Both the position numbers and the translations under genes were made by a program. From positions 76,454-140,453 of the forward strand of contig CAZUWR010000002.1 of assembly GCA_964624415.1 (NCBI GenBank): a DNA stretch of 64,000 nucleotides. Reading direction: 5' to 3'. Origin of the DNA: an uncultured Bdellovibrionales bacterium (GTDB lineage: Bacteria; Patescibacteriota; Minisyncoccia; Moranbacterales; UBA1568). Positions 27,857-37,515 of the stretch are shown one piece after another (position 1 is the first letter of the stretch; each line of letters begins with the position of its first letter). The notes beneath the pieces are model-generated. The model made no database searches and had not been told where the DNA came from. It saw nothing but the letters and a program-made list of their open reading frames with translations.

Positions 27857-28297
27857 TCAGATAAGAAAGGTAGTAATAACGAGCGTAAGGAGGATGCCGC
27901 AGATGGCGCCGACCACCACTTCCGCAGGCTTGTGACCGACGCGCTCCTTGAGTGCCGGGAATTCTTTTTCGTCGAGGTTGAGGTGCTTGATAATACTGTT
28001 GACGTACTGGGCATTTTGCCCGATATAGACACGCAGACGGAGCGCATCCATAATTACGATGATGGCCATGATGAGGGCGATGGCGAAAACGGGCGAACGG
28101 TACCCTTCGAAAACCCACATGGTCGTCACGAGCGAAGCGACATAGGCGGTGTGCGCGGATGGCATATGCCCGTAGGCGATGGAGTAATTGATATCCCAGC
28201 CGTATTTGCGGATGTAGTTGACGAACTTGATGAGCTCAGTGAGAAGTCCGACGGCGATAGGAACAAGAAACAAAGCTGCCGATTGCGTGAATTCCAT
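27857..28297 (-). CDS. Divergent PAP2 family membrane phosphatase-like protein
   Basis: 4 TM helices. GHMPSAHTAYVASL phosphatase motif 2/3 region. Start at MEFTQS. Confidence 0.55.
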   Translation of the reverse strand: MEFTQSAALFLVPIAVGLLTELIKFVNYIRKYGWDINYSIAYGHMPSAHTAYVASLVTTMWVFEGYRSPVFAIALIMAIIVIMDALRLRVYIGQNAQYVNSIIKHLNLDEKEFPALKERVGHKPAEVVVGAICGILLTLVITTFLI

Positions 28298-28423
28298 AAG
28301 GAAAAAGTATGAAGAAATTAGCATTTTGAGTATAGCATATTTTGTCTAAGCTTCCCTAAGTATGCTATACTGATGGAAGAAAAAAAGAACATTGTATCAT
28401 TTATTTTTTTTAAGATCAAATAT

Positions 28424-28975
28424 ATGGGAGCAGGAATTATCGTATTGATTGTTATCGCCGTTATCGCGCTGTGGCTTATCGCGACGTACAATGGTTTGAT
28501 TCGCCTCAAGAACCGTGTCGATGAAGCCTGGAGTGATATCGATGTGCAGCTTAAGCGTCGCTATGATCTGATTCCGAATCTGGTAAGTACGGTCAAAGGA
28601 TATGCCGAGCACGAAAAGGAATTGTTCGAGAAAGTGACCGAGGCGAGGACGCGCGCGATGAACGCTGGCACCACTGCCGACAAAGCCGAGGCGGAGAATG
28701 CGCTTTCCGGGACACTCAAAACACTCTTCGCGGTCTCGGAAAATTATCCGGATCTCAAAGCCAATACGAACTTTTTGGAATTGCAGCGCGAACTTTCCGA
28801 CACGGAAAACAAGATTCAGGCATCTCGCCGCTTTTTCAATGGCAATGTCATGGAATACAATACCAAGATTCAGGTCTTCCCGACCAATATGTTCGCTGGT
28901 ATGCTTAATTTCGTGAAGCGCGATTTCTTCGAGATTGAAGGTGCTGAGCGCGAGCCGGTCAAGGTGGCTTTTTAA
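28424..28975 (+). CDS. lemA: LemA family protein
   Basis: N-terminal TM then conserved LemA core (NGLIRLKNRVDEAWSDIDVQLKRRYDLIPNLV). Confidence 0.8.
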   Translation: MGAGIIVLIVIAVIALWLIATYNGLIRLKNRVDEAWSDIDVQLKRRYDLIPNLVSTVKGYAEHEKELFEKVTEARTRAMNAGTTADKAEAENALSGTLKTLFAVSENYPDLKANTNFLELQRELSDTENKIQASRRFFNGNVMEYNTKIQVFPTNMFAGMLNFVKRDFFEIEGAEREPVKVAF

Positions 28976-28981
28976 GTTCCT

Positions 28982-29194
28982 TTGCATAATCAAATAATCG
29001 AAATCGATATGGTTAATTTTATCCGTATTATGGCTGTGCTGGCTTTGGTGGGCATTGTCATTATCGCGTCTTTGTTCGTATTCGATATCGCATCTTTCGC
29101 GGAATCGAAGGAAGCTTTACAAAAGATACTGCTGGTACTGGGAATCGTAGCTTTGGGCGGTATGGCGACTTCTTTTATCGTAAAAACTAAGTAG
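28982..29194 (+). CDS. Small membrane protein, hypothetical
   Basis: 70 aa, 2 TM helices, between lemA and htpX. Confidence 0.35.
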   Translation: MHNQIIEIDMVNFIRIMAVLALVGIVIIASLFVFDIASFAESKEALQKILLVLGIVALGGMATSFIVKTK

Positions 29195-29202
29195 CTTCGC
29201 GT

Positions 29203-30093
29203 ATGCCGACACTGTATAACCAATACGACAGCAATACCCGCCTGACGTGGGTGTATATGACTCTTTTTCTGGCATTCGTTATCGGGGTCGGTTTCGTGTT
29301 TTCACAGGCGATGAATTCCAGCGGTATCCTCTACGGGTGCGTCATTTTTTCGCTCGTGATGAGCTTCGGATCGTATTGGTGGAGTGACAAGATCGTGCTT
29401 TCGATGAGCAATGCGACGCTCGTGGAATTCGAAACCAATAAAGAAATTTACCGATTGGTCGAAAATCTTTGCATCACGGCCGGACTTCCGACACCGAAAA
29501 TCTATGTGATCCAAGACACGGCTATGAATGCCTTCGCGACGGGGCGTGACCCGCAGCACGGCGTGATATGTCTCACGACCGGTATTATCGATCGTCTCAA
29601 TAAAACCGAGCTTGAGGGCGTGATTGCACACGAATTGTCGCATATCGGCAATCGCGATATCCTCTTATCTACCGTCGTGGTGGTGATGGTCGGCTTCATC
29701 GCTTTGCTGGCCGATTGGTTTCGTCACTGGGTGTTTTTTGGAGGGTCTTCGGATGATGATCGACCGGCGCAAATCAAAATCGCCTTTATGATAGCGGCAG
29801 TCATCCTCTCCATTCTCGCTCCTCTGGCGGCGATGATGATGCAGTTGGCGATTTCTCGTAAGCGCGAATTCCTCGCCGATGCTTCCGGTGCCTTGCTGAC
29901 CCGCTACCCGGAAGGACTGGCAAGCGCTTTGGAAAAAATATCGACCGATACTGAGCCGCTCGAAGCTGCCAATCGGGCGACCGCGCATTTGTATATCGCC
30001 AATCCTTTCAAAGGCGCTAGTGTGTCGAAACTGTTTATGACTCATCCGCCTATCGAAGAGCGCATCGCTATTCTCCGAGGTATGAAGATGTAA
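29203..30093 (+). CDS. htpX: Zinc metalloprotease HtpX (peptidase M48)
   Basis: HELSHIGNRD (HExxH) and downstream Glu. 4 TM helices. lemA-htpX synteny. Confidence 0.85.
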   Translation: MPTLYNQYDSNTRLTWVYMTLFLAFVIGVGFVFSQAMNSSGILYGCVIFSLVMSFGSYWWSDKIVLSMSNATLVEFETNKEIYRLVENLCITAGLPTPKIYVIQDTAMNAFATGRDPQHGVICLTTGIIDRLNKTELEGVIAHELSHIGNRDILLSTVVVVMVGFIALLADWFRHWVFFGGSSDDDRPAQIKIAFMIAAVILSILAPLAAMMMQLAISRKREFLADASGALLTRYPEGLASALEKISTDTEPLEAANRATAHLYIANPFKGASVSKLFMTHPPIEERIAILRGMKM

Positions 30094-30095
30094 AT

Positions 30096-30596
30096 ATGGA
30101 TACGTATGTCTGGACGAGCCACGCGCAGTGGAAAATGAAGTATTATGGCCTCAGCAAGCAAAAAGTGACAGGAATTATCCGCCGTCCGGATCGGGTGGAA
30201 AAAGGCATCGCCGGCAACGGTACGATAGCGGTGATGCAGGCCGTCTCGCCGAAAATGATTGATGGGAAAAAGGTCTGGAAGCAGGAGGTGTGGACGATGT
30301 ATCAACGGACAAAGAACAATAAACAAAAAACAATAAACGAAGAACAAAAAACAGCGAACAATAACCGGCAGTATAATGATGGTCATCTTGAAGATGAAGG
30401 CAGATTGCTCTGCTTCGGTGGCGATCGAGGAATACCAACATCGATTGAACATTTCAAAGAGGTTTTGCGAAAGAAATCGTGCACACAAGGAAGTATCAAA
30501 ATCATCAGTGCCTGGCGCTACCCGGGAGTGAGCCCGAAGAATAGTCCTTTACTGGAGGCGATGTTTGAAGAGGCGATGGAGCCTTTGGGGGCTTGA
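30096..30596 (+). CDS. Hypothetical protein with internal Q/N/K low-complexity insertion
   Basis: 166 aa. Segment RTKNNKQKTINEEQKTANNNRQYN (30300..30375) is encoded by the CAATAAACGAAGAA-type repeat shared with tgt. Confidence 0.4.
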   Translation: MDTYVWTSHAQWKMKYYGLSKQKVTGIIRRPDRVEKGIAGNGTIAVMQAVSPKMIDGKKVWKQEVWTMYQRTKNNKQKTINEEQKTANNNRQYNDGHLEDEGRLLCFGGDRGIPTSIEHFKEVLRKKSCTQGSIKIISAWRYPGVSPKNSPLLEAMFEEAMEPLGA

Positions 30597-30950
30597 CAAA
30601 AATCTTCACATCTGCTAGAAAGAAGGTACAAGACAAAAATAAATAGACAAGGACAAAAAGACTAACCTTTGTTTCCATATCCTATAAGGGACATGGCAGC
30701 GTAAAGGCTAGTTTTTTTGACAATTGAATATTGAGTCGAAAAAACTCTGGAATGTATGGGTCACGGTGTTGTGTTGTATTTGTATACAATATAAACAGCG
30801 TTGATGCATAGATCGCTCTCTTTTTCACGATGATTATGAGAAAGAGGGTGTAAAGCAAGGCTTCAATCGTAGTATGGTTGAAGAGATTCACAAAACGACC
30901 GAATACGGTGTTCGTATGAGGCGTTTCAACTTTACCGAGAGGAAAAGACC

Positions 30951-31544
30951 ATGAAAAAAGTAATAAAATTGGCGATGTTTCTGGCAGCGATGTTTCTGGC
31001 AGGGTCGGCTTCGGCTGATACCACGACCACGTACAGCGCGAATGGATCGGCAATAACCAATGGCATGGGGGATATAAGCGGTAGCGCAAGTGTTTCCTAT
31101 AACGCTGTCGATATGTTGTCGGGCAATCCGGCAGCGCATATCGAAGTGTGGAACTCCTATGATGTCGCCGGACTGAACGTTGCAGGTGGTGCGCATTCAA
31201 GCGCGACCATTGCAGACGTATCGACGTATAGCCCTTCAGGCTCTACGAGCTTGAAAACCTATACCGGTGACGGCTCATCGACGACTACGGGTCTAGATGG
31301 ATCAGTAAGCGGCGGCGCAAGCATTTATGTTCCTGTTTTGGCGGGTTTTGGTGGAGGCGGTGATCCTACAGCAGTCATTCAAAGCTTGCAAAATTATAGC
31401 GCAACAGGACCAAATGCCGGCGGTGGAGCGAATGTACACGCAGTGATTGATACTTCATCTTCATTTACGATTACTCCGCCGCCAATCGTAACTCCGCCAA
31501 TCATCCCGGTCATCCCGCCAATCGGTGGCATTCCACTGATCTAA
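30951..31544 (+). CDS. Secreted Gly/Ser/Thr-rich hypothetical protein
   Basis: Signal peptide MKKVIKLAMFLAAMFLAGSASA. Low-complexity G/S/T. C-terminal PPIVTPPIIPVIPPIGG. Confidence 0.45.
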   Translation: MKKVIKLAMFLAAMFLAGSASADTTTTYSANGSAITNGMGDISGSASVSYNAVDMLSGNPAAHIEVWNSYDVAGLNVAGGAHSSATIADVSTYSPSGSTSLKTYTGDGSSTTTGLDGSVSGGASIYVPVLAGFGGGGDPTAVIQSLQNYSATGPNAGGGANVHAVIDTSSSFTITPPPIVTPPIIPVIPPIGGIPLI

Positions 31545-31711
31545 TGATGATTGAAATATTTCTTCGATCACACACTGGAGTCGAGGAACAATGCAGCAAC
31601 TTGGGGAAAGAACAATACAAAAATGTATCGTGTCGGTATCTATGATATCGACATTATGTACCTTGTAGCTGTTCTTCCCCGTTTTTTTATTCTCAATTCG
31701 AGGAAGCAAAA

Positions 31712-32737
31712 ATGAAACAACAAAGTATTAAAACCTTATTAGGCGCCATTTTTTTCCTGGCACTTTTCTCAATCCCTTGCCTGTCATGGGCAGTGGGTGA
31801 CACCAATAACGCTCTCATTGCGACATCGACGGCCAATGGAGGAAATCCAACGGCTTACGGTGTCGGATATGCTGATGGAGGGAAGGTCAATTTCCAATAT
31901 GCCCCAACGTCTATCAACACACCAGTTCAACAGAGAACACAGGCGGCAACAAATGCAGGTTCATTTGTTCCGGTTCCTGGGGTTATGAATGAATTTGTGA
32001 TAAATAGTGATGCGGCGGAAAAAGCCAAATTGCTTAAGCTATGGGCAAATCGCGCATGCGGTCCAAAGGCTTATACGGGGGGAAAATTCAACACAAGAAC
32101 AGTTGAACTTTCCAATACCGAAGGTGATGAAGATGTTGATGTTTTGGTGAATTTCTCACCTCTTCCCGGTTTTATTGTAAATGAAACAGAAACGATGCCA
32201 GGAAGCGCATTTGTTATGCATCATCAGGATGTGAATTGGAATGATAAATTCACTTGTCTTGCAGTCGTCAATATCGATCCAAAAGATAATCATCAACAAT
32301 TGGATCATGCTGTATTGGAAAATGCCGCAGGTGCTTTTGGATCATCAGCGGTCTTCGGCCATTACAGCAAGATCGTCATGGTTTACACAACAGGATCAGC
32401 TCGGTTAAGATCGGGTTCGACCAGCGATGTCGAAACGCTCGGACTTACCGTTTCCAGTTCCGGCGCACCGGGAACAAGCAGTTTTGTTCAGGGCGCGATC
32501 GGTTATGGTGACACGGATGGTACGGTAGCTCATACGGATATTCCATCGTTAGGACTCGTCGTATTGGCGGTTGATAATGTCAATGGTAAGCGTTTGCAAA
32601 GTTATGCCCAATTCGAGCAACAACTAACGAATGCGTATATTGGTCAACAGGTTGAAATAAAAAAACAAATGAGTGGCGTTACTACATCTGCAGAGCCAGT
32701 TGCCACACAGGCTGCCGGTTCAAGTCAGGTTAAGTAA
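31712..32737 (+). CDS. Secreted hypothetical protein
   Basis: Signal peptide, 341 aa, no recognisable family. Confidence 0.45.
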   Translation: MKQQSIKTLLGAIFFLALFSIPCLSWAVGDTNNALIATSTANGGNPTAYGVGYADGGKVNFQYAPTSINTPVQQRTQAATNAGSFVPVPGVMNEFVINSDAAEKAKLLKLWANRACGPKAYTGGKFNTRTVELSNTEGDEDVDVLVNFSPLPGFIVNETETMPGSAFVMHHQDVNWNDKFTCLAVVNIDPKDNHQQLDHAVLENAAGAFGSSAVFGHYSKIVMVYTTGSARLRSGSTSDVETLGLTVSSSGAPGTSSFVQGAIGYGDTDGTVAHTDIPSLGLVVLAVDNVNGKRLQSYAQFEQQLTNAYIGQQVEIKKQMSGVTTSAEPVATQAAGSSQVK

Positions 32738-32859
32738 CTCGCATTTATTTTGTGAACAGGGAGCTTTGCGGTCAGTGAATATCATTTTCACTGACCGCTA
32801 TTTTTTTTGTCTTTTTTAGGCTATACTGGGAACATAATCGGCTTTTCAAATACATTCCT

Positions 32860-34296
32860 ATGAAACATACTAAAATCGTCGCCACTATCGGGCCGGCTTC
32901 GGAGAGCAAAGACGTCTTGCGGCAGATGGTGCAGGCGGGGATGAATGTCGTCCGTCTCAATTTTTCCCACGGCGAATACGATTGGCATGGGGGCATCATC
33001 AAGATTGTCCGCGAACTGTCCGAGGAATTGGAGCGGCCGATCGGTATCTTGGCGGACATCCAGGGGCCTCGCATCCGCTTGCAGGCGGCGCAGGAAATGA
33101 CGGTCAAACAAGACGATGAGCTTATCGTGAGCGATATCGCCTACCGCGAGACAATGGCGATGGAGGTTTCCACGAAAGCTATCTTTCTCGATCAGCCGAA
33201 AATGAGCGATGATATCGCAGTGGGGCATTTGCTTTTGATCGAAGACGGGCTTTTGCAGCTTCAAGTCGTGTCCAAAGAAGCGGGCATACTACATACACAA
33301 GTGCTCAATGACGGCATGATCAAGAACCGCAAGGGCGTCAATTTGCCGGATTCGAAAATCAATCTGCCGGTGCTGACGGAGAAGGACAAAAAGGATCTGC
33401 GGTTCGTCGTCGAGCAGGGCGTGGACTATATCGGCCTCTCGTTTGTGGGATCGGCGGAAGATATCGCCTGGGTGCGTGAGGAAATGCGCAAAGCGAAGCC
33501 CTCTGCATCCGATGCGGAGCTTCCGAAAATCGTGTCCAAAATAGAGCGCAAAGAAGCGATGAAGAATCTGCAGGAAATCGTCGAAGCTACCGATGCGGTG
33601 ATGGTGGCTCGCGGGGATTTGGGTATCGAGATGCCCGAAAGCGAAGTGGTGTTGTTGCAGAAAGAAATCATCGCCGCCAGTATGAGGCGTGCCAAACCGG
33701 TCATCGTGGCGACGCAGATGATGAAAAGTATGACAGATAATCCTCGCCCGACGCGTGCCGAGGTGTCTGATGTGACCAATGCGGTCATCGACCATGCCGA
33801 TGCCGTGATGCTCTCAGAGGAATCCGCGATGGGGAAGTATCCGGTGGAAACGATCGCGATGATGACGGAAATCCTCGAAAAGACCGAAAGCTCGCCTTTC
33901 GACGATGTCCGCGAGGCGATGCCGGTCACCACGTCGTATTCGGCCTATGCAGCCTTAGTACGCAGTATTTACGAGCTGACGATGAGCTTTGAGGCAAAAG
34001 CCGTCCTGATGCTCAGTATGAGTGGTCTGACAGCGCGCCTGATGTCACATTTTCGTCCTGATGCGCATCTCTTCGCCGCGACCAATGTCCGCAAGACCTA
34101 TAATCAGCTCGCGCTGGTCTGGGGGGTTGACGCTTATCTTTTTGAGGGGGATAATGATTTGGACAGCTTTACGGACAAATTGGCCGACGGAGCCAAGGCA
34201 GACGGACGCCTGATAGCCGGGGATAAGATCGTGATCTGCCGTGGAAAAAGCGCCGATGACGAGCTGCAGCTGGTCGGGATGAAAGAGGTTGTATAG
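32860..34296 (+). CDS. pyk: Pyruvate kinase
   Basis: MKHTKIVATIGPASES... MVARGDLGIE... canonical PK motifs, 478 aa. Confidence 0.95.
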   Translation: MKHTKIVATIGPASESKDVLRQMVQAGMNVVRLNFSHGEYDWHGGIIKIVRELSEELERPIGILADIQGPRIRLQAAQEMTVKQDDELIVSDIAYRETMAMEVSTKAIFLDQPKMSDDIAVGHLLLIEDGLLQLQVVSKEAGILHTQVLNDGMIKNRKGVNLPDSKINLPVLTEKDKKDLRFVVEQGVDYIGLSFVGSAEDIAWVREEMRKAKPSASDAELPKIVSKIERKEAMKNLQEIVEATDAVMVARGDLGIEMPESEVVLLQKEIIAASMRRAKPVIVATQMMKSMTDNPRPTRAEVSDVTNAVIDHADAVMLSEESAMGKYPVETIAMMTEILEKTESSPFDDVREAMPVTTSYSAYAALVRSIYELTMSFEAKAVLMLSMSGLTARLMSHFRPDAHLFAATNVRKTYNQLALVWGVDAYLFEGDNDLDSFTDKLADGAKADGRLIAGDKIVICRGKSADDELQLVGMKEVV

Positions 34297-34457
34297 TCAA
34301 ATATCAATCAACAAAAAGCAGTCAACAGGGAACAAATATCAATCAACAGTCAACAGAAAACAAGAAGCAATTAACAATAAGCAAACAACGGATGCTCATG
34401 AGTATTCACGCGCCGTTGCTACCTGTTAATTGTTTATTGTTAGCTGTTAACTGATAA

Positions 34458-34542
34458 GGAGGGGTCGCATAGTGGCCTAGTGCGCTTGCTTGGAAAGCAA
34501 GTGTGGGGCAACCCACCGGGAGTTCGAATCTCCCCCTCTCCG
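34458..34542 (+). tRNA. tRNA-Ser (anticodon GGA)
   Basis: Cloverleaf by eye: acceptor GGAGGGG/CCTCTCC (one G-U), anticodon arm CTTGC-TTGGAAA-GCAAG (anticodon GGA), long variable arm, T-arm GGGAG-TTCGAAT-CTCCC. CCA not encoded. Confidence 0.85.
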
Positions 34543-34558
34543 CATTTTTAAAACAACT

Positions 34559-35116
34559 ATGTCCATAACCGAAATATTCCTGACAGGATTTAGTCTTTCT
34601 TTGGATGCGGTGGCCATCGCTCTGGCGGCGGGCGCCCTGCACCGTATCACGCCCAGCCAGGCGCTCAAGATAGCGCTTTTTTTCGGTGCTTTTCAAGCCC
34701 TGATGCCGCTTTTGGGGTGGGCGGTCGGGCTGGGATTCAAGCATATTGCGGACGCGTACGGACACGTCATCGGTTTTTTGCTCCTTTTCGGTGTCGGGGT
34801 GAATATGCTGCACGAGACGTTTACTAAGGAGACACAAGAGGATATCGAGAATGAAAAGCATCTGGCGGAAACCAAAATACTGACGGTCATGGCGGTGGCG
34901 ACCAGTATCGATGCTTTGGTGGTGGGTATCACTTTCAACTTCGTTGCCGTGAATATTCCGATGGCGGTGGGGATTATCGGCGCGGTCACGTTTGTCCTCT
35001 CGCTTGTCGCGGTCTATGCTGGAGGAAGCGTCAAACAAGGTGCGGGAAAAAAGATGGAGATTTTTGGCGGGCTTATCCTCATAGCACTCGCTTGCAAAAT
35101 ACTTTTCGGTGGGTAA
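34559..35116 (+). CDS. mntP: Manganese efflux pump MntP (DUF204)
   Basis: Start at MSITEIFLTGFSLSLDA. Two DUF204 repeats. ORF-track N-extension overlaps tRNA-Ser. Confidence 0.75.
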   Translation: MSITEIFLTGFSLSLDAVAIALAAGALHRITPSQALKIALFFGAFQALMPLLGWAVGLGFKHIADAYGHVIGFLLLFGVGVNMLHETFTKETQEDIENEKHLAETKILTVMAVATSIDALVVGITFNFVAVNIPMAVGIIGAVTFVLSLVAVYAGGSVKQGAGKKMEIFGGLILIALACKILFGG

Positions 35117-35222
35117 TAAGCGCGATCAGAACGGGGTTTGAGTGTGTACATGAGAGCTGGTATAGACAGTTGCAAAACGCATGATAGAATACAAGTACTC
35201 CTAATATTTTTACAATACATCT

Positions 35223-35720
35223 ATGCAATCGGCACCCATCCCCCCGTTCGAGCAAGAACGCGTGTATGCTTTGCATAAATTGCATCTTTTGGATACGGAT
35301 CCGGAGGAGCGCTTTGATACGTTTACTGCAGAAGCGGTCAAAAGATTCTCTGTAGCCATTTCCACTATCTCGCTTCTCGATGAGGATAGGGAATGGTTCA
35401 AGTCGGTGTGCGGCACCGATGCCAAAGAAGGTGCGCGCGATATTTCTTTTTGCGGGCATGCGCTCGTGTCGGAGGTGGTGACCATTATCGAGGACACGCT
35501 CGAAGACGAACGCTTCGCCGATAATCCGATGGTGATAGGGGAGCCCTTTATTCGTTTCTATGCTGGAAAATCCCTCTATAATAACAAGAGCCGCTTGCCG
35601 GTTGGCGTGTTTTGTATCAAGGACACGAAGCCCAGGAAAATGAGCGCGCAGGATATGGAGGATTTTCTCGATCTGGCACATCGGGTGGAAGTAGAGTTGA
35701 ACAAGCCGTCCGGTGAGTAG
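35223..35720 (+). CDS. GAF domain protein
   Basis: 165 aa. GAF-like pattern (ISLLDEDREWFKSVCG...HALVSEVVTIIED). Confidence 0.6.
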   Translation: MQSAPIPPFEQERVYALHKLHLLDTDPEERFDTFTAEAVKRFSVAISTISLLDEDREWFKSVCGTDAKEGARDISFCGHALVSEVVTIIEDTLEDERFADNPMVIGEPFIRFYAGKSLYNNKSRLPVGVFCIKDTKPRKMSAQDMEDFLDLAHRVEVELNKPSGE

Positions 35721-35729
35721 CGCAAACAG

Positions 35730-35868
35730 CAAGCGACCGTCTGAAATATTTCCGTTTTTTGCTTTTGTATAGTGTTTTTTCGAACTGCCGGGTCAAAGAC
35801 GAAAGGCGAGAAAAAATGCTATCAAAAGCCAAAAAACAAGAGGAAAAAGATTTCAGACAGTTGCTAAA
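35730..35868. repeat. Structured repeat family B, copy B3
   Basis: Same hairpin. Arm substitutions are compensatory (gtctGaaat / atttCagac versus gtctAaaat / atttTagac in B1/B2). Confidence 0.85.
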
Positions 35869-35930
35869 AAAGGAGAAACCAAAAAAGCCCCGATCATTCG
35901 GGACTTTTTTGGTGGTGTTGGAAGAAAAAT

Positions 35931-36275
35931 CTATTTGATCTTTTCAGCGAGAAGCTTGAAGGTCTCCGGGTTTTCCATAGCGAGCTGCGAAAGCACTTTG
36001 CGGTCGATCTCGATATTCTTGGCTTTTTCCAAGGCGATGAAAGAGCTGTACTTCATACCGATCAAACGCAGGGCGTTGTTGAGGCGAGTAATCCACAATG
36101 CGCGGAAAGTTCGCTTCTTGGCTCGACGGTCGCGGTGAGCGTATTTGCCGGCCTTGATCATAGCTTCCTTGGCAGCGGCATAATGGCTCTTGCGGCGCCA
36201 CATAAATCCCTTGGTGAGGGCTAAGACATTCTTCCTTCTCTTTGATGCGGCGACACCGCGCTTGACTCGAGTCAT
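35931..36275 (-). CDS. rplT: 50S ribosomal protein L20
   Basis: MTRVKRGVAASKRRKNVL... canonical L20. Confidence 0.95.
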   Translation of the reverse strand: MTRVKRGVAASKRRKNVLALTKGFMWRRKSHYAAAKEAMIKAGKYAHRDRRAKKRTFRALWITRLNNALRLIGMKYSSFIALEKAKNIEIDRKVLSQLAMENPETFKLLAEKIK

Positions 36276-36301
36276 ATCAATTCATCTAAAAATTATATAA
36301 T

Positions 36302-36496
36302 CTATGCGTTTGGCAAAGCCTTGGCGATATTGGCCTCATCAGCTTTGAAAAATCCTCTATCACGCTTCTTACCACGATTGGCGGCTCCGGTAGCGCGGCT
36401 ATTGTAATGGTTTTGCTTGGTGGAGCGTCTCGTTATTTTGCCCGATCCGGTCACTTTGACTTTCTTGCTGAGGGACTTATTGGTTTTCTGCTTCAT
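36302..36496 (-). CDS. rpmI: 50S ribosomal protein L35
   Basis: 64 aa basic protein. infC-rpmI-rplT operon order. Confidence 0.85.
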   Translation of the reverse strand: MKQKTNKSLSKKVKVTGSGKITRRSTKQNHYNSRATGAANRGKKRDRGFFKADEANIAKALPNA

Positions 36497-36544
36497 GGTA
36501 ATGCCTTAATAGTGGGTTAGTATCGTATGGAAAGCCATTCTCGG

Positions 36545-37111
36545 CTACTGCGGAGTGATAATCACATGGAATCCGGCAGGGAACCGTTTTATCTCTTCTT
36601 CGATGGTATAAGGGATAGTAATGGTTTTTAAGAAATTTTGCAAGGCCACGCGGGCTTTTTCGGGTGCAGCCTTCTCTCGACCGCGCAGGAGAATCTCGGT
36701 TTTTACCTTGTTTCCCTTGGTCAAAAACTTCTCGGCCTGGGTGCGTTTGAATTCCAAGTCGTGCGTGTCGGTACGCAAACCGATGCGGATGCCTTTGGTT
36801 TCGACTTTCTTTTGCTTTGCTTTGGCCTGCTGCACCTGCTTGGTCTGTTGATACTGCAGTTTGCCGTAATCGAGGATGCGGCAGACAGGAGGTGTGGCCT
36901 TTGGGGAAACCTCTACCAGGTCGAGCTCTTGCTCTTTGGCGAGTGCGAGCGCGTCGGCGATGGCAATGGACGCATAGTTCTCATTATTGGCGTCGATAAG
37001 GCGCACAAAAGGACTACGAATCTGTTCATTGGTTCGCAATCGGGGGATAATTTCGATTTTTGGTCGCGCTCGGCGAAATTTACGTCGTCTGATATGATTG
37101 GACTTAAAAAT
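36545..37111 (-). CDS. infC: Translation initiation factor IF-3, probable non-AUG (AUU/AUC) start
   Basis: IF3 N- and C-domains (ARPKIEIIPRLRTNEQIRSPFVRLID...). The AUG at 37162 would overlap the tmRNA 3' end, and infC classically uses AUU. In-frame ATT at 37111 and ATC at 37114/37093 are candidates. Confidence 0.7.
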   Translation of the reverse strand: MFKSNHIRRRKFRRARPKIEIIPRLRTNEQIRSPFVRLIDANNENYASIAIADALALAKEQELDLVEVSPKATPPVCRILDYGKLQYQQTKQVQQAKAKQKKVETKGIRIGLRTDTHDLEFKRTQAEKFLTKGNKVKTEILLRGREKAAPEKARVALQNFLKTITIPYTIEEEIKRFPAGFHVIITPQ

Positions 37112-37115
37112 GATG

Positions 37116-37508
37116 TGGAGCTGATGGGAATTGCACCCATGTCCAGTAATGTTTTCCTGCAATACTCTACAAGCTTAGTTTGCTTTTTGTAAGCCTCAAA
37201 AGTACAAAACAAACCAAGTCTTTTGAGTCTAGACGCTTTGTGCAAGGGGTCTCATCGAAAAAGCGGCTGAAATGATGAGTCCTTCCCGATGTATGACACC
37301 AAGATCTCCGTACCGGGAATCGGGAGCTTGATGAATTTGGAATTTAAGCCAAATTGAAGGCGAAAGTAGGTGTAAAAGCTTGCGCTAATGCCTGCTTGGC
37401 CTTTGAAAAGACGTTTGCAATTGTCATGATGAGAGATGGTTTACGATAATACCCTCATAATCGGCTTGCGTATTGTAAAAGGACACCCTGTCGAGTCTAA
37501 ACAACCCC
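37116..37508 (-). ncRNA. ssrA: tmRNA (SsrA)
   Basis: Minus-strand 5' end GGGGUUGUUUAGACUCGACAGGG matches tmRNA 5' consensus (GGGGnUGnUUnnGAUUCGACGGG). 3' end ...AUGGG-UGCAAUU-CCCAU-CAGCUCCA gives T-arm plus acceptor 3' strand pairing with 5' GGGGUUG, including the G3:U70 pair. Candidate tag frame GCA AAC GUC ... UUU GCC UUC AAU UUG GCU UAA (…AFNLA*). Starts 8 nt after smpB stop. Confidence 0.65.
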
Positions 37509-37515
37509 ATTGTTT

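Noticed and set aside
37163-37515. Initially considered as infC leader/promoter region only
   Set aside because: Re-reading the minus strand showed tmRNA 5' and 3' hallmarks, so it is annotated as ssrA instead.
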